A stretch of DNA of 64,000 nucleotides, from positions 28,471 through 92,470 of the forward strand of contig CAMCGZ010000001.1 in assembly GCA_945874535.1 (NCBI GenBank), given 5' to 3'. Below the pieces are notes generated by a model, which was not told where the DNA came from, ran no database searches, and worked only from the letters and a program-made list of their open reading frames with translations. This document shows, in pieces, positions 18,483 through 28,804 of the stretch (position 1 is the first letter of the stretch; the number at the start of each line of letters is the position of its first letter). Position numbers and translations under genes: made by a program. The DNA comes from Bdellovibrio sp. ZAP7 (GTDB lineage Bacteria > Bdellovibrionota > UBA1018 > CAIMNF01).

Positions 18483-20339
18483 TCAGGCCTGGGCGCCGGG
18501 TGAGCCGCCTGCCGGCCCCTCAAAGTGCCCCTGGAGTGAGTGGTGAATTTCCGCAAATCGCTTGGGGAGGCGATCTTTCAGGCGCTCGATCAACTCACTT
18601 TGCAGACGCAACTCCTGAGACCATTCCTCGCGGTCGATTTTAGACACAGCCTGGAATCGCTCCTCGCCGAGATTGAGTCCCGACCAGTTCAGATCTCCGA
18701 ACTCAGGAACCAATCCGATCTCGGTGTCGACACCTTTGGCGGTGCCATTGACACGACCGATGATCCACTCGAGGACCCTCATGTTCTCTCCATAGCCGGG
18801 CCACATGAACTTACCGTCGGCCCCCTTGCGGAACCAATTCACACCGAAAATTTTTGGTGGCTGGGAAACACTTTTCCCGATCTTCAGCCAGTGATCGAAG
18901 TAATCGCCCATGTGGTAACCGCAGAACGGCAGCATCGCAAAAGGATCGCGACGGACCTGCCCCACCGCACCCACCGCAGCTGCAGTGGTTTCAGAACCGA
19001 TGGTCGCCGCCCAATAAACACCGTGCTCCCAACCCTTCGGCTCGACCACCAGAGGAACCGTCGTTCCCCGACGGCCACCGAAGATGAAGGCGCTGATCGG
19101 AACCCCCTCGGGGTTTTCCCACTGAGTGTCGACCGACGGACATTGGCTGGCTGGAGCCGTGAATCGGGCGTTGGGATGCGCGGCCTTGCGGCCGGTGTCT
19201 TTCGCGATAGCCGGGGTCCACTCGTGTCCTTGCCAGTCGGTGAGCCGCTCCGGCGGGGTATCCGAAAGCCCCTCCCACCACACGTCGCCATCTTCGGTCA
19301 GGGCCACATTGGTGAAGATCGTATTCTTAGAGATGGTGCGAATGGCATTCTCATTCGTCCGGAGCGAGGTTCCGGGCGCCACTCCGAAATAGCCCGCTTC
19401 CGGATTGATCGCATAAAGCCGCCCGTCTTTTCCGGGCTTGATCCAGGCAATGTCGTCACCAATGGTGGTGATCTTCCATCCGCTCAGGGCCTTCGGCGGA
19501 ATCAGCATGGCGAAGTTGGTTTTTCCGCATGCACTTGGAAAGGCCGCTGCGACGTAGGTCTTCTTCCCCTCGGGACTCTCGGCACCGAGGATGAGCATGT
19601 GCTCGGCAAGCCATCCCTCTTGCTTACCCATCCAGGATGCGATCCGGAGTGCGAAACATTTTTTTCCGAGCAAGGCATTCCCGCCGTAGCCGCTCCCGTA
19701 AGAGATGATGGTTTTTTCTTCGGGAAAGTGGGTGATGTATTTCGTTTCCTTGTTGCAAGGCCAGGCAACGTCTTTCTGGCCGGGCTCGAGAGGGGCCCCG
19801 ACGGTGTGCAGACAGCGGACGAAATCACGATCACCGAGCGCCTCGAGCACCCGTCGCCCCATGCGGGTCATGATCCGCATGTTCACGACGACATAAGCCG
19901 AATCAGAGATCTCAACACCGATTTGTGAAATCGGGGACCCGATCGGCCCCATCGAAAACGGAATCACATATAGGGTGCGTCCGCGCATGCAGCCCCTGAG
20001 GAGCGGATTCAGGGTCTTCTTCATTTCGACCGGATCCATCCAATTGTTATTGGGACCGGCATCTCCTTTTTCGGGGGTGCACACATAGGTACGGTCTTCC
20101 ACGCGGGCCACATCAGACGCATCCGAGCGGGCCAGAAAGCTCCCGGGGCGCTTTTCGGCATTCAAAGGGTACAAGGTCCCCGCCTCGACCATCTCTTTGC
20201 AGAGGCGGTGATATTCTTCCTCGGAGCCATCACAAAAATAGACGCTCGCCGGCTCGGTCAGGGCAACAGTCTCTTTCACCCAGCGCTTGAGCCCCTCATT
20301 TTTTATGAATTCCGGGAAGGAAATGTCGAGATTTGGCAT
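18483..20339 (-). CDS. pckG: Phosphoenolpyruvate carboxykinase (GTP)
   Basis: [50 protein letters not shown]. Confidence 0.97.
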   Translation of the reverse strand: MPNLDISFPEFIKNEGLKRWVKETVALTEPASVYFCDGSEEEYHRLCKEMVEAGTLYPLNAEKRPGSFLARSDASDVARVEDRTYVCTPEKGDAGPNNNWMDPVEMKKTLNPLLRGCMRGRTLYVIPFSMGPIGSPISQIGVEISDSAYVVVNMRIMTRMGRRVLEALGDRDFVRCLHTVGAPLEPGQKDVAWPCNKETKYITHFPEEKTIISYGSGYGGNALLGKKCFALRIASWMGKQEGWLAEHMLILGAESPEGKKTYVAAAFPSACGKTNFAMLIPPKALSGWKITTIGDDIAWIKPGKDGRLYAINPEAGYFGVAPGTSLRTNENAIRTISKNTIFTNVALTEDGDVWWEGLSDTPPERLTDWQGHEWTPAIAKDTGRKAAHPNARFTAPASQCPSVDTQWENPEGVPISAFIFGGRRGTTVPLVVEPKGWEHGVYWAATIGSETTAAAVGAVGQVRRDPFAMLPFCGYHMGDYFDHWLKIGKSVSQPPKIFGVNWFRKGADGKFMWPGYGENMRVLEWIIGRVNGTAKGVDTEIGLVPEFGDLNWSGLNLGEERFQAVSKIDREEWSQELRLQSELIERLKDRLPKRFAEIHHSLQGHFEGPAGGSPGAQA

Positions 20340-20402
20340 AGCTAAGGGTTACAACCAATCGGCGCGAGCGTCAACCGATTGGGCCCGGAAAGAGGCTCTG
20401 CG

Positions 20403-21911
20403 TCAGGGAGTGTTTTGTGCTGCAAAGTTGACCACGATACCATCCAGGGCCGCCCGGGTCGCCGTAGAGCTCATGCTTCCTTCCGTGAACACCACAAAGG
20501 GTTCGAGACCCTCTCCCGGGGCTGGCTCGAAATATCCGGCTAGATTGTGAATCCCGGTCAGCGTACCGGTTTTGGCGTGGATCCTACCGATCGTATAGGG
20601 CGAAGCGGCCAGGACCGGACGAGTCCTGAGCGTTCCACTGACCCCGGCAACCGCCAAGGTGGAGTAGAAGTCTTTGAAGTACGCCTCTCCCCTCAAACCA
20701 GAGAGGAATCCATAAAGCGCATCGGGGCGGAGACGGTTTCTGAGGTCCAGACCGGATCCGTCGGCAAAAACCACTCCCTCGAGCCATGCCGGATCGATCA
20801 GCAGTTCGCGAACCCCCTCGGTCAGAACTTCGGATCCGGAACGGCCGGTGACCCATGCCAGCTCGTGAAAGACGCGGTCCATGATGCCATTGATACTGCG
20901 CTGGACAGCAATCGTGAGAATTTTCAGGAGTGGCTCCGAAGACAAATCCTCACTGATTTCCTCAGCAGAATCCGCAGTTTGTGGAGCATTCCGCGCGGAA
21001 ACCACAGCAACCCCCCGGTTCTCGAGTGCCCGGATGAACAACTGCTCGAGCCAAGCCCCACCCTCGTGCACGGGAAGATCGAAGTAAAGAGTGGCTCTCC
21101 CGATGAATCCGGAAATCACGTAGGCCCGAATGCGTCCGGTCGCGTCGGCCTCCGGGGTGATCGAAACCGAATTTCTTCCGCTCCGGGATCGGTAGACCCT
21201 CACCTTTAGCGGCACCCTGACACCGTGGGTGATCCAGCGGGCTTTTCCGGCGGAGACGGCGAGAGTTCCGCAATTTCCGTTCGACTGGAAGGAGGTTTGC
21301 ATCATGGCCATGCACTCGAGCTTCCAGGAGTCCCGCCAACCGTCCGGACGCGGGATCCGATCGAGCTCGGGCCGGAGGGAGTCGATCCTGACCGGACCAC
21401 TGAGGGTGCGCACCCCTCGAGCCAGCAGGCTTTCAATCAACTTTTGAAACCTGGGTTCATCCACCTGCTCGACTTTCGTGACGGAAGCAAAGGTTCCGTT
21501 TGACCAAGTCGGGTCACCGGACACCACGAACTTCACTTCAGAAAGCGTGCCCGTCCGGGAGTCGAAGCGGGCAGAAAAGCGATTTTCAAACCTGTAATCG
21601 GCACCGAGGTGACGGAGGGCCAGGGCCGCCGTGACCAGCTTTTCGGTGGATGCCGGCAACATGGCGGTGGCAGCATTCCTTGCGAGGGCTTCCTTACCCT
21701 TCATCTGAATTCCGAGCTTCAGGCTCTTCAATTCCGGGTGACGGGCGAAGTATTGGGTCCAGCCCTGTGGGCCAGCCACAGATTCCACCCTCGGGGCAGT
21801 CGGATCCGGAGACTCGGGCAGATCCAGCGTGCGGTTGGAGAGGCGCGCTTCAGCCGTGGTCCCGACCACACAGAACACTCCAGCCCATCCGAAAACCTTG
21901 AACCACTGCAT
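20403..21911 (-). CDS. dacB: D-Ala-D-Ala carboxypeptidase/endopeptidase (PBP4/DacB, S13)
   Basis: Signal peptide; PASTEK (SxxK), SIN (SxN), DGSGL, KTGT. Confidence 0.88.
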   Translation of the reverse strand: MQWFKVFGWAGVFCVVGTTAEARLSNRTLDLPESPDPTAPRVESVAGPQGWTQYFARHPELKSLKLGIQMKGKEALARNAATAMLPASTEKLVTAALALRHLGADYRFENRFSARFDSRTGTLSEVKFVVSGDPTWSNGTFASVTKVEQVDEPRFQKLIESLLARGVRTLSGPVRIDSLRPELDRIPRPDGWRDSWKLECMAMMQTSFQSNGNCGTLAVSAGKARWITHGVRVPLKVRVYRSRSGRNSVSITPEADATGRIRAYVISGFIGRATLYFDLPVHEGGAWLEQLFIRALENRGVAVVSARNAPQTADSAEEISEDLSSEPLLKILTIAVQRSINGIMDRVFHELAWVTGRSGSEVLTEGVRELLIDPAWLEGVVFADGSGLDLRNRLRPDALYGFLSGLRGEAYFKDFYSTLAVAGVSGTLRTRPVLAASPYTIGRIHAKTGTLTGIHNLAGYFEPAPGEGLEPFVVFTEGSMSSTATRAALDGIVVNFAAQNTP

Positions 21912-22026
21912 CTTGAACCCCCGGAGAAACCTAGCAAAGGGGGATCCGGATTTCTACCGAAAATTGCCGGCCGCGTCGGACTCATTTTTTTTGTCGGATG
22001 GGGCACTTTGGGGTAACCTGTTGCCC

Positions 22027-22266
22027 ATGACTCCCGAAATGAAGATTCAAGTGAGAGGTTTGACCATTGTCGGCTTGATGCTCGGCGCCGCTGCCGTCAT
22101 CCTCGCGGTATTCATCTACGACATGTCCGAAAACACCCTGATGAGTGCTTCGGCAAAGTACAAGCCTGTGATTCCCGCCACTGCCCCGGTCGACATTACT
22201 CGCGCACCCCAGTGCGCCCCCGGCTACGATACCCGCTGGGTCGGTTGTCAAAGTTTGGCCCGTTAA
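22027..22266 (+). CDS. Small single-TM hypothetical protein
   Basis: 79 aa, N-terminal TM, C-terminal Cys pair. Confidence 0.6.
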   Translation: MTPEMKIQVRGLTIVGLMLGAAAVILAVFIYDMSENTLMSASAKYKPVIPATAPVDITRAPQCAPGYDTRWVGCQSLAR

Positions 22267-22275
22267 TCTGGCCTC

Positions 22276-23313
22276 ATGAACCCGGAAGCCAGGAACCGCG
22301 AAACGCTTCAAGTCGTTTTTCTGCTCGGCCTGGCATCGGGTGTGGTTTCGATCTTTTTTTTCACTCCCTCCCTGCGCCCCGCATCCTTCTTGACCCTGAT
22401 CACCGTCCTGTTTTTAGGGCCACCGGTTCGAATGCTCGAAAAGCGCGGAGTGCCCAAGTGGGCCTCGATCCTCGGGATCTACCTGCTGATCACCCTGGCT
22501 TTTTTGTTTGGCGTGAATCAACTTATCCAGACACTTAAACTCCAGTGGGCGAATCTCGTCGACGTGTTGCCCGCTCTCGGCGCGGCAGCCCTGGAGCGTC
22601 TGGCCGGGGTCGAGAACAAGCTTCAGGACGCCCTGCAACTGGACTTGAATTTCGGGCTGAAGAGCCGGATCGTCGAGTCGGGCACCCGATTGCGCGAGTG
22701 GACCCTCACCCACCTCCCGAGCATCCTCGGTGATCTGGCCTCGGCCATGATGCTGGCGCCGGTCTTTTCGTTTTTCATTCTGAAGGACGGGGGCGAGATG
22801 CGCCGCCAGTTCGAAAAACTGATTCCCTCCAGCTACTCAAGAAACACGATTGCGGTGATTGATAAGATCTCGGCCTCGATCGGCCAGTTCCTTCGCGCCA
22901 AGATGATCGAGGCGCTGCTGGTCGGAACCCTGGTTTATTTGGGACTCAAGCTGATCGGAGCCCCCTTCAGCGGAGTATTCGCCGTGATTGCCGGCATTTC
23001 CAATGTGATTCCTTACCTCGGGCCCGTGCTCGGAGTGATTCCACCGGCACTGGTTCTCGGCTTCCAGGATCCACCGGCGAATCTCATTCCGATGCTTCTG
23101 GTGTTTTTGATCGCCAACGCGATCGATATGATTCTGATATTCCCGGTGTTTGTGGCCCGGCTCGTGAATCTGAGTCCGCTTAGCTTACTGGCATCGGTTG
23201 CGGTGGGACAAGAACTCTACGGTGTGATCGGAATGCTGATCGCCGTTCCTCTCGCATCGGCACTGAAGATCATCGTGAAAGAACTGATTGAAATCCTGTA
23301 TCAGGCCCAGTGA
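22276..23313 (+). CDS. AI-2E family transporter
   Basis: FFILKDG, NVIPYLGP, LYGVIGMLIAVP motifs; multi-TM. Confidence 0.9.
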   Translation: MNPEARNRETLQVVFLLGLASGVVSIFFFTPSLRPASFLTLITVLFLGPPVRMLEKRGVPKWASILGIYLLITLAFLFGVNQLIQTLKLQWANLVDVLPALGAAALERLAGVENKLQDALQLDLNFGLKSRIVESGTRLREWTLTHLPSILGDLASAMMLAPVFSFFILKDGGEMRRQFEKLIPSSYSRNTIAVIDKISASIGQFLRAKMIEALLVGTLVYLGLKLIGAPFSGVFAVIAGISNVIPYLGPVLGVIPPALVLGFQDPPANLIPMLLVFLIANAIDMILIFPVFVARLVNLSPLSLLASVAVGQELYGVIGMLIAVPLASALKIIVKELIEILYQAQ

Positions 23314-23909
23314 AAACTCTTTTTCACAAATACCAGAACGGCCATACCCAGAATGAGCCCCATAAAGGTGACATAGGCCTCAAGCGCACGGTTCTCGTTG
23401 GCCAGAGGAAGTGAGAACCGGTAAACCTCGGGATCCGGATTCACGCGCTCGAGATCGGTGCGGGGCGCGGGGGTCAGTGCCGGAATGAACCGGGGCACCA
23501 GCTTCTTGTACTCGAAATAGACGGGACCGAAGTATTCCTCGGTACCGAGCTTCAGCTCTTCGTGCTCGATCACGTAGTGATAATTCAGAAAGAAAACCAC
23601 CGACATCACAGCAGCAAGAGCCCACGCCCCGACGCTCATCGTCGCGCCGAGCACCATGATGAACCTTCCCAGGTAGAGCGGATTCCGGGTGAAGGAATAA
23701 GGCCCCCCCACCGCCAGTTTCTTTTCTTTACGCAGAAAACCGCTCGCCCAGAAGCGAAGAGTCGCCCCGGCAAAACAGACCGCTGTACCGAAGACCTGCG
23801 GGTATTGGCGGGCACTCAGTATCAACAAGAAAAAGAAAAACCAGTCGATCTGGAAACGCCTGCGACCGGAGAAAAATCTCCGGAGTGCCGGATTGGAAAG
23901 AAGATTCAT
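23301..23909 (-). CDS. Isoprenylcysteine carboxyl/phospholipid methyltransferase-like membrane protein
   Basis: GPYSFTRNPLYLG, EE...FG..Y..Y...VPRF. Confidence 0.85.
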   Translation of the reverse strand: MNLLSNPALRRFFSGRRRFQIDWFFFFLLILSARQYPQVFGTAVCFAGATLRFWASGFLRKEKKLAVGGPYSFTRNPLYLGRFIMVLGATMSVGAWALAAVMSVVFFLNYHYVIEHEELKLGTEEYFGPVYFEYKKLVPRFIPALTPAPRTDLERVNPDPEVYRFSLPLANENRALEAYVTFMGLILGMAVLVFVKKSFHWA

Positions 23910-23957
23910 GGGAGGGATCCTAAAAGAGCCCCCGCCGGCTGGCAAGTCGATTCAGGA

Positions 23958-24332
23958 TCAGGCGAGCTTCTGGTCGTAACGCTTTTGTTCGCGCTCACGG
24001 ACTTCGGCGCCTTCCAGGCTCAAACGGGTCCAGGGAATCGCGATCAGACGCTTTTCTTCGATCGGCTCCTCGGTCTCTTCACAGATCCCGTAGGTGCCGG
24101 ACTCCATGCGGGCCAAGGCGTCGTCGATTTCTTTGATTTTTGCGAGGAGCTTATCACGCTGATTCAGCGCTTGGGTCTGGCTGATGTGAGCAGAAGCCAG
24201 ATCCGCCTCGTCTCCGACCATCTCTGTGGCCAAAGAGGGGTTCAGGGCTTCCAGTCCATTCAGGGTCTCTTGTCTCGTCTTGAGAAGTTTTACCCTGCAC
24301 TCTTCGTACAATTTCTGTCTTTTTTGTCCCAT
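23958..24332 (-). CDS. TraR/DksA family protein, single-Cys (probably Zn-free) type
   Basis: DEADLA tip; GTYGICEETEEPIEEKRLIAIPWTRLS. Confidence 0.9.
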   Translation of the reverse strand: MGQKRQKLYEECRVKLLKTRQETLNGLEALNPSLATEMVGDEADLASAHISQTQALNQRDKLLAKIKEIDDALARMESGTYGICEETEEPIEEKRLIAIPWTRLSLEGAEVREREQKRYDQKLA

Positions 24333-24438
24333 ACCACCCAATCCTCCCGCCCCCCATCATAGTGGGCGTTTAAAGCTTTTACAATTCTACACAAGGGGAT
24401 TTTAAAATGTCAGGAGTGTTTTTTTTGACACGTTGGAT

Positions 24439-25674
24439 TCAATTTAATCGTGAAACGAGGCCCCGAACGTCAAATTTTTGATTCAGGCGCCCCAGTTCAA
24501 GAAGGTCTTTGATGAGGGATAAAAGATCCTCGTCCGTGACCGAGCACACCAAAGCGTATCCGGAGTCACCCCGCAGCACCTTGCCGCAGGAAACCAGAAA
24601 TTCGAGAACGGTCTCCATCAGGGTGTTGGGAATCCCGAGCTCTGCGGACAACTCTTCCAGACTGGCTGGTGCACGACCCTCTTCGAAACGGATACGCAAG
24701 GCCCGGATCAGGCGCTCGAGAACCAGTGCTTTCGAGAGAGAAGACTCCGGAAGCACTCCCGCCCACGCTCGACTCCCTCTCTCCACCAACAAGGAGATCT
24801 CGACCGAGAGGATGAAAATGACCCAAGAAATATAAATAAAGAATGCGAAGAGGGGGAGCACCGCCGCCTTGCCATAGGCGGTCTCGGTTCCCATCTGAAA
24901 GTAGACGCGGAGAATTGCCTGAGCCAGTGTGAATCCGACCGTTCCGACCAGAGCACCGGCTCCCGCTCCTCGCCATGACACTCGCGTGTTCGGAAAGGAC
25001 TTCAAGACAACCGCAAAGGAAGCCAGCACCAACAGCTCCAGGACCCCCTGCTCCAGCAGAGCATTCACCTTTCCGGGGTGAATCCACTCGACAATCCGGG
25101 GAATGGAAAGCGTGGCCGCATAAGCGATGGGCAAGAGCACCATGCAGAAGAAAAAATTACGGACACGATCCCACCAGGCGCGCTCCTCGCGCACTTCCCA
25201 GATGCGATTCATCAGGGACTCGATATTGAAGAACACCCGGGCTCCGATCCAGAGCAGGATTCCGACAGCGAAGATTCCGATCGAGCCACTCTTACGACTG
25301 AGGTTGGCGAGATACTGATCCTTGAACTGGAGAATGAACTGCAGCAGCGTCTTGCGCTGGTCCTCGGGGATCGCCCCGAGTGCCCTTCCGAGCAAACCCT
25401 CGAACTCCTGCTGTACCGGTCCCCACTGTGAAAAGAATCCAAGGAGCAGGAATACTCCGGCCATGAGAGGCATGAACGAGAAGAGCGTATAATACGAGAG
25501 TGATTCGGCCCGGATGGCCACATCGTTTTTGAGCCATTCGAATTGCAACATGGCAATCCAGGTTCCGAGCCGGTGTCCCGATCGGCCCCACCAGGAGCGG
25601 GCTTCGAGCGACAGACGGTGATGCCGGAGCAGGGTGGCCTGGAGCCGTGCCAGGCGCTGTTCTTTAATTGACAT
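24439..25674 (-). CDS. YihY/BrkB family membrane protein with C-terminal HTH-like extension
   Basis: AESLSYYTLFS, IESLMNRIW, YG..A.LP.F..F.Y.SW. Confidence 0.88.
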   Translation of the reverse strand: MSIKEQRLARLQATLLRHHRLSLEARSWWGRSGHRLGTWIAMLQFEWLKNDVAIRAESLSYYTLFSFMPLMAGVFLLLGFFSQWGPVQQEFEGLLGRALGAIPEDQRKTLLQFILQFKDQYLANLSRKSGSIGIFAVGILLWIGARVFFNIESLMNRIWEVREERAWWDRVRNFFFCMVLLPIAYAATLSIPRIVEWIHPGKVNALLEQGVLELLVLASFAVVLKSFPNTRVSWRGAGAGALVGTVGFTLAQAILRVYFQMGTETAYGKAAVLPLFAFFIYISWVIFILSVEISLLVERGSRAWAGVLPESSLSKALVLERLIRALRIRFEEGRAPASLEELSAELGIPNTLMETVLEFLVSCGKVLRGDSGYALVCSVTDEDLLSLIKDLLELGRLNQKFDVRGLVSRLN

Positions 25675-25761
25675 GATTTCTCCAATATTCCGCCATTTCA
25701 CGAGAGATTGCGAGGCCCTTTTCATTTGCAATTGACTCGGCGCAATGTTAGGACGGTTCGC

Positions 25762-26607
25762 ATGGAAGTACTCAAGGTTCAGTATGGCACTCCGGATGCA
25801 GCCCAGCGCTTTTGTGAATCCCTGACCAAGACCGGATTCGCTGTCGTGACCGATCACCCGCTCTCTTTCGACCTCGTTCATCGCGTCTATGACCAGTGGG
25901 CCCGCTTTTTCAATTCACAGGAAAAGCACGAGTACACCTTCAAGCCCGAACAGCAGTCGGGATATTTCCCCTTCCGCTCGGAAAATGCCAAAGACAGCCC
26001 CATCAAGGACCTAAAGGAGTTCTTCCACGTTTATCCCCGCTCCCGCATGCCTGAATACCTGATGGCTGACACCTGGAAGCTCTATGGCGAGCTCTGCAAG
26101 CTGGGCGAAGAAATGCTGAACTGGGTTCAGTTGGCATCACCTGATTCGGTCCGGAGCAAGTTTTCGATGCCCCTCTCTGAGATGGTGCAGGAATCCGAAG
26201 AGAACCTCCTCCGCGTGATCCACTATCCTCCCCTACAAGGGACCGAAGAGCAGGGCGCAATTCGCGCAGCCGCCCATGAAGACATCAACTTGATCACCTT
26301 GCTTTGTTCGGCCACCACCGCAGGGCTCGAAGTCCAGGACACCGCCGGAAAGTGGCACACGGTTCCTTGCGATCCGGGATCGATTGCCATCAATGCCGGC
26401 GACATGCTCCAGCTCGCCTCGGGCGGGTATTACAAATCGACCACGCACCGGGTAGTGAACCCCATGGGTCCGGCAGCCAAACTCCCGCGTTATTCGATGC
26501 CTCTGTTTTTACATCCACGGTCTGATGTTTTGCTCGGAGAGAATATCACTGCCGGTCAGTACCTGAAGCAGCGCCTTCTCGAAATCGGCTTGCTCAAGAA
26601 GGCCTGA
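25762..26607 (+). CDS. 2-oxoglutarate/Fe(II) dioxygenase (IPNS-like)
   Basis: HED...H(RV) facial triad, RYS motif. Confidence 0.92.
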   Translation: MEVLKVQYGTPDAAQRFCESLTKTGFAVVTDHPLSFDLVHRVYDQWARFFNSQEKHEYTFKPEQQSGYFPFRSENAKDSPIKDLKEFFHVYPRSRMPEYLMADTWKLYGELCKLGEEMLNWVQLASPDSVRSKFSMPLSEMVQESEENLLRVIHYPPLQGTEEQGAIRAAAHEDINLITLLCSATTAGLEVQDTAGKWHTVPCDPGSIAINAGDMLQLASGGYYKSTTHRVVNPMGPAAKLPRYSMPLFLHPRSDVLLGENITAGQYLKQRLLEIGLLKKA

Positions 26608-27244
26608 CCCGCTCACCGAACAGCAGACTTCCGACACGGATCACGGTCGAGCCCTCTTGGATTGCCGTCTCGAAATCGCCGGACATCCCCATGGACAGGC
26701 CCTTTCCGAGCTCTGTGCCGTGTTCTTGCGAAAGCTTCACCATACGCCGGAATGCGGAGACCGGGTCGCGCTCGGGATCGGGGATGCACATCAAGCCGAG
26801 CGCCCTGACAGACGGGCACTCCCTCAACACTCCATACAATTCGGCGAGGGAGCCGGGAGGGAAACCGCCCTTGCTCTCTTCGTCGTCGATATTCACCTGG
26901 AAATACACCCTGATGGTTTTTCCTGCTTCGGCAGCACGCCGGCCGATTTCCCGGAGCAAGCGCACCGAATCGACCGAATGGATCACCGAAACCGCTGGAA
27001 TCAGGGCTTTGACCTTGTTGGTTTGCAAACGACCGATGAAATGAAACTCGATCCCCGGCAATCGCCCGTGCAGTTCCTGCCACTTTCCGAGCAACTCCTG
27101 GACGTAGTTCTCGCCGAAAATCCTCTGGCCTTCGCGGTAAAGTGCCTCGATTTTCTCGGGACCCTGCTGTTTGCTGACCGCGACCAGCGTCACCCCCGGA
27201 CCGATCCTGCCCAAAAGCTCACCGAGTCCGATCACCTCCGCCAT
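26594..27244 (-). CDS. yggS: YggS/PLPBP pyridoxal phosphate homeostasis protein
   Basis: VAVSK, FGENYVQE, HFIGRLQTNK, LSMGMSGD, RVGS. Confidence 0.93.
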   Translation of the reverse strand: MAEVIGLGELLGRIGPGVTLVAVSKQQGPEKIEALYREGQRIFGENYVQELLGKWQELHGRLPGIEFHFIGRLQTNKVKALIPAVSVIHSVDSVRLLREIGRRAAEAGKTIRVYFQVNIDDEESKGGFPPGSLAELYGVLRECPSVRALGLMCIPDPERDPVSAFRRMVKLSQEHGTELGKGLSMGMSGDFETAIQEGSTVIRVGSLLFGERVRPS

Positions 27245-27831
27245 CCGAGCAGCCTCAGATCCCGGGTCACTTCAGTGACCGGAAGACCCACCACATTCGT
27301 GTAGCTGCCGCTGATCTGTTCGATCAGGGCCATCCCGAATCCCTGCGCCGCATAAGCGCCGGCCTTGTCGAGACTCTCGCCCCGACCGATATAATCGTTC
27401 ACTTCCCGGGAGGTCATTTCACGGATCCGCACCCGGGTCCGCACCCTTTTTGAAAGGATCCGGTGCACCCTGCCTTTTCGAATTTCGACCAGTGAATACC
27501 CGGTGAACACGAAGTGGTCTTTCCCGGCCAACGCAGAGACCATCTTCCGGGCCTCACGCTGATTGCGCGGCTTACCGAGATTCCGCCCCGAAGGATCGAC
27601 GACGGTCGTGTCGGCAGAAAGGATGATCGCGGAGCCCGCACTCCCCGACCAGTCACGGGCTGCGGCCAGTGCTTTCATGAGGGAGAGGCGCTTCACCATG
27701 TTCTGCGGTGCCTCGCGGGGAAGGGGCGTTTCATCCACTTCCGGAACCAGGATTTCAAATGGAATTCCCGCCATCTCGAGAAGTTCTTTACGGCGGGGGG
27801 AGCCGGAAGCGAGCACGATTTTTTTATTCAT
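27232..27831 (-). CDS. maf: Maf family nucleoside triphosphate pyrophosphatase (YhdE-like)
   Basis: LASGSPRR, SADTTV, GKP, DKAGAY, NVVGLP. Confidence 0.93.
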   Translation of the reverse strand: MNKKIVLASGSPRRKELLEMAGIPFEILVPEVDETPLPREAPQNMVKRLSLMKALAAARDWSGSAGSAIILSADTTVVDPSGRNLGKPRNQREARKMVSALAGKDHFVFTGYSLVEIRKGRVHRILSKRVRTRVRIREMTSREVNDYIGRGESLDKAGAYAAQGFGMALIEQISGSYTNVVGLPVTEVTRDLRLLGWRR

Positions 27832-28801
27832 GGAATTTGGCCTGGAAGAAGTGGAACTGGTTTTTGAAAGAGCGATAGTTATCGTAAGCCCGGTAGATCA
27901 GGGTCACCTTGGTCTGTTTACGCGCGGTGCATTCGTAGATCAGAGTCGCACCTCCCTGGAAAATGGTGGCCAGGCCGAGACCCGCCCCGGCCTGACCTTG
28001 CTTGACGGTATAATCGCTGTCCTTGTAGTTGATCGACACATGGTGGAGCAAACGCCCCCGATCGAGCGACCCCCACTGATCCACAACGGTGACTCCCACA
28101 TAATATCCGTCGAAACCGATCTTCATCAGGGAGACTTCGCGATCGGTCAAGGCGCGCGACTGGTTCCGCTCGGTCGCAGTGTAAACCGGCCGACCGAAAT
28201 CATCCGTGGGCGCATCGAAGATGGCGTTCATGATCACCTCATCCACAGAGTTGGCAATGATGTTTGCGATTCTCGGTGGTATCTTCCCCTGCATCAGGTA
28301 CTGCCGGACAGCCTCGGCCACTTCCTGCTTCTGGTCAGAATGTTCGATTTTGAGGTACTGGACCCCTCCGCGCTCTCCCAGAAAATCCTCTAGATCGTTG
28401 GCATTGCGGGAGGCGCCCGCCTTCAAGTACCTCGAATAGAATCGCGCCGCATCCTCGTGCTCCTGGGTCGGGCGCTGGATGAAGTTCGCAAACAACGGAC
28501 TGGTCGTCAGCTCACGGTTCTCCGCCAGGTTTCGATCGCTCAAAAAATGAAACAGGACGGCAGGAAGGTTCCCTCCGCCAAGCAGTCCGAATTTCGCCTG
28601 AAGCGCGGACTCAAACTCCCTCAGTCGGCCCTGCGCATCGACATCGATGAATACCCCTGCGCACTCCTGGGACGCCAAAACACCGACCGCCGCATTCACC
28701 TCGGGAACCGTTTGGACTTGGGCACCATGATGAGCCGCGATTTCGGCGAGAAAAGAAGGATCCTCGGGGTGATCGGAAATCAGGAGGAATGTTTGGGCCA
28801 T
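27824..28801 (-). CDS. Receiver-like domain plus HATPase (RsbW-like anti-sigma/kinase) protein
   Basis: N-box EVIMNA, G2 box GAGLGL; N-terminal alpha/beta receiver-like region. Confidence 0.65.
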   Translation of the reverse strand: MAQTFLLISDHPEDPSFLAEIAAHHGAQVQTVPEVNAAVGVLASQECAGVFIDVDAQGRLREFESALQAKFGLLGGGNLPAVLFHFLSDRNLAENRELTTSPLFANFIQRPTQEHEDAARFYSRYLKAGASRNANDLEDFLGERGGVQYLKIEHSDQKQEVAEAVRQYLMQGKIPPRIANIIANSVDEVIMNAIFDAPTDDFGRPVYTATERNQSRALTDREVSLMKIGFDGYYVGVTVVDQWGSLDRGRLLHHVSINYKDSDYTVKQGQAGAGLGLATIFQGGATLIYECTARKQTKVTLIYRAYDNYRSFKNQFHFFQAKFHE

Positions 28802-28804
28802 TCC

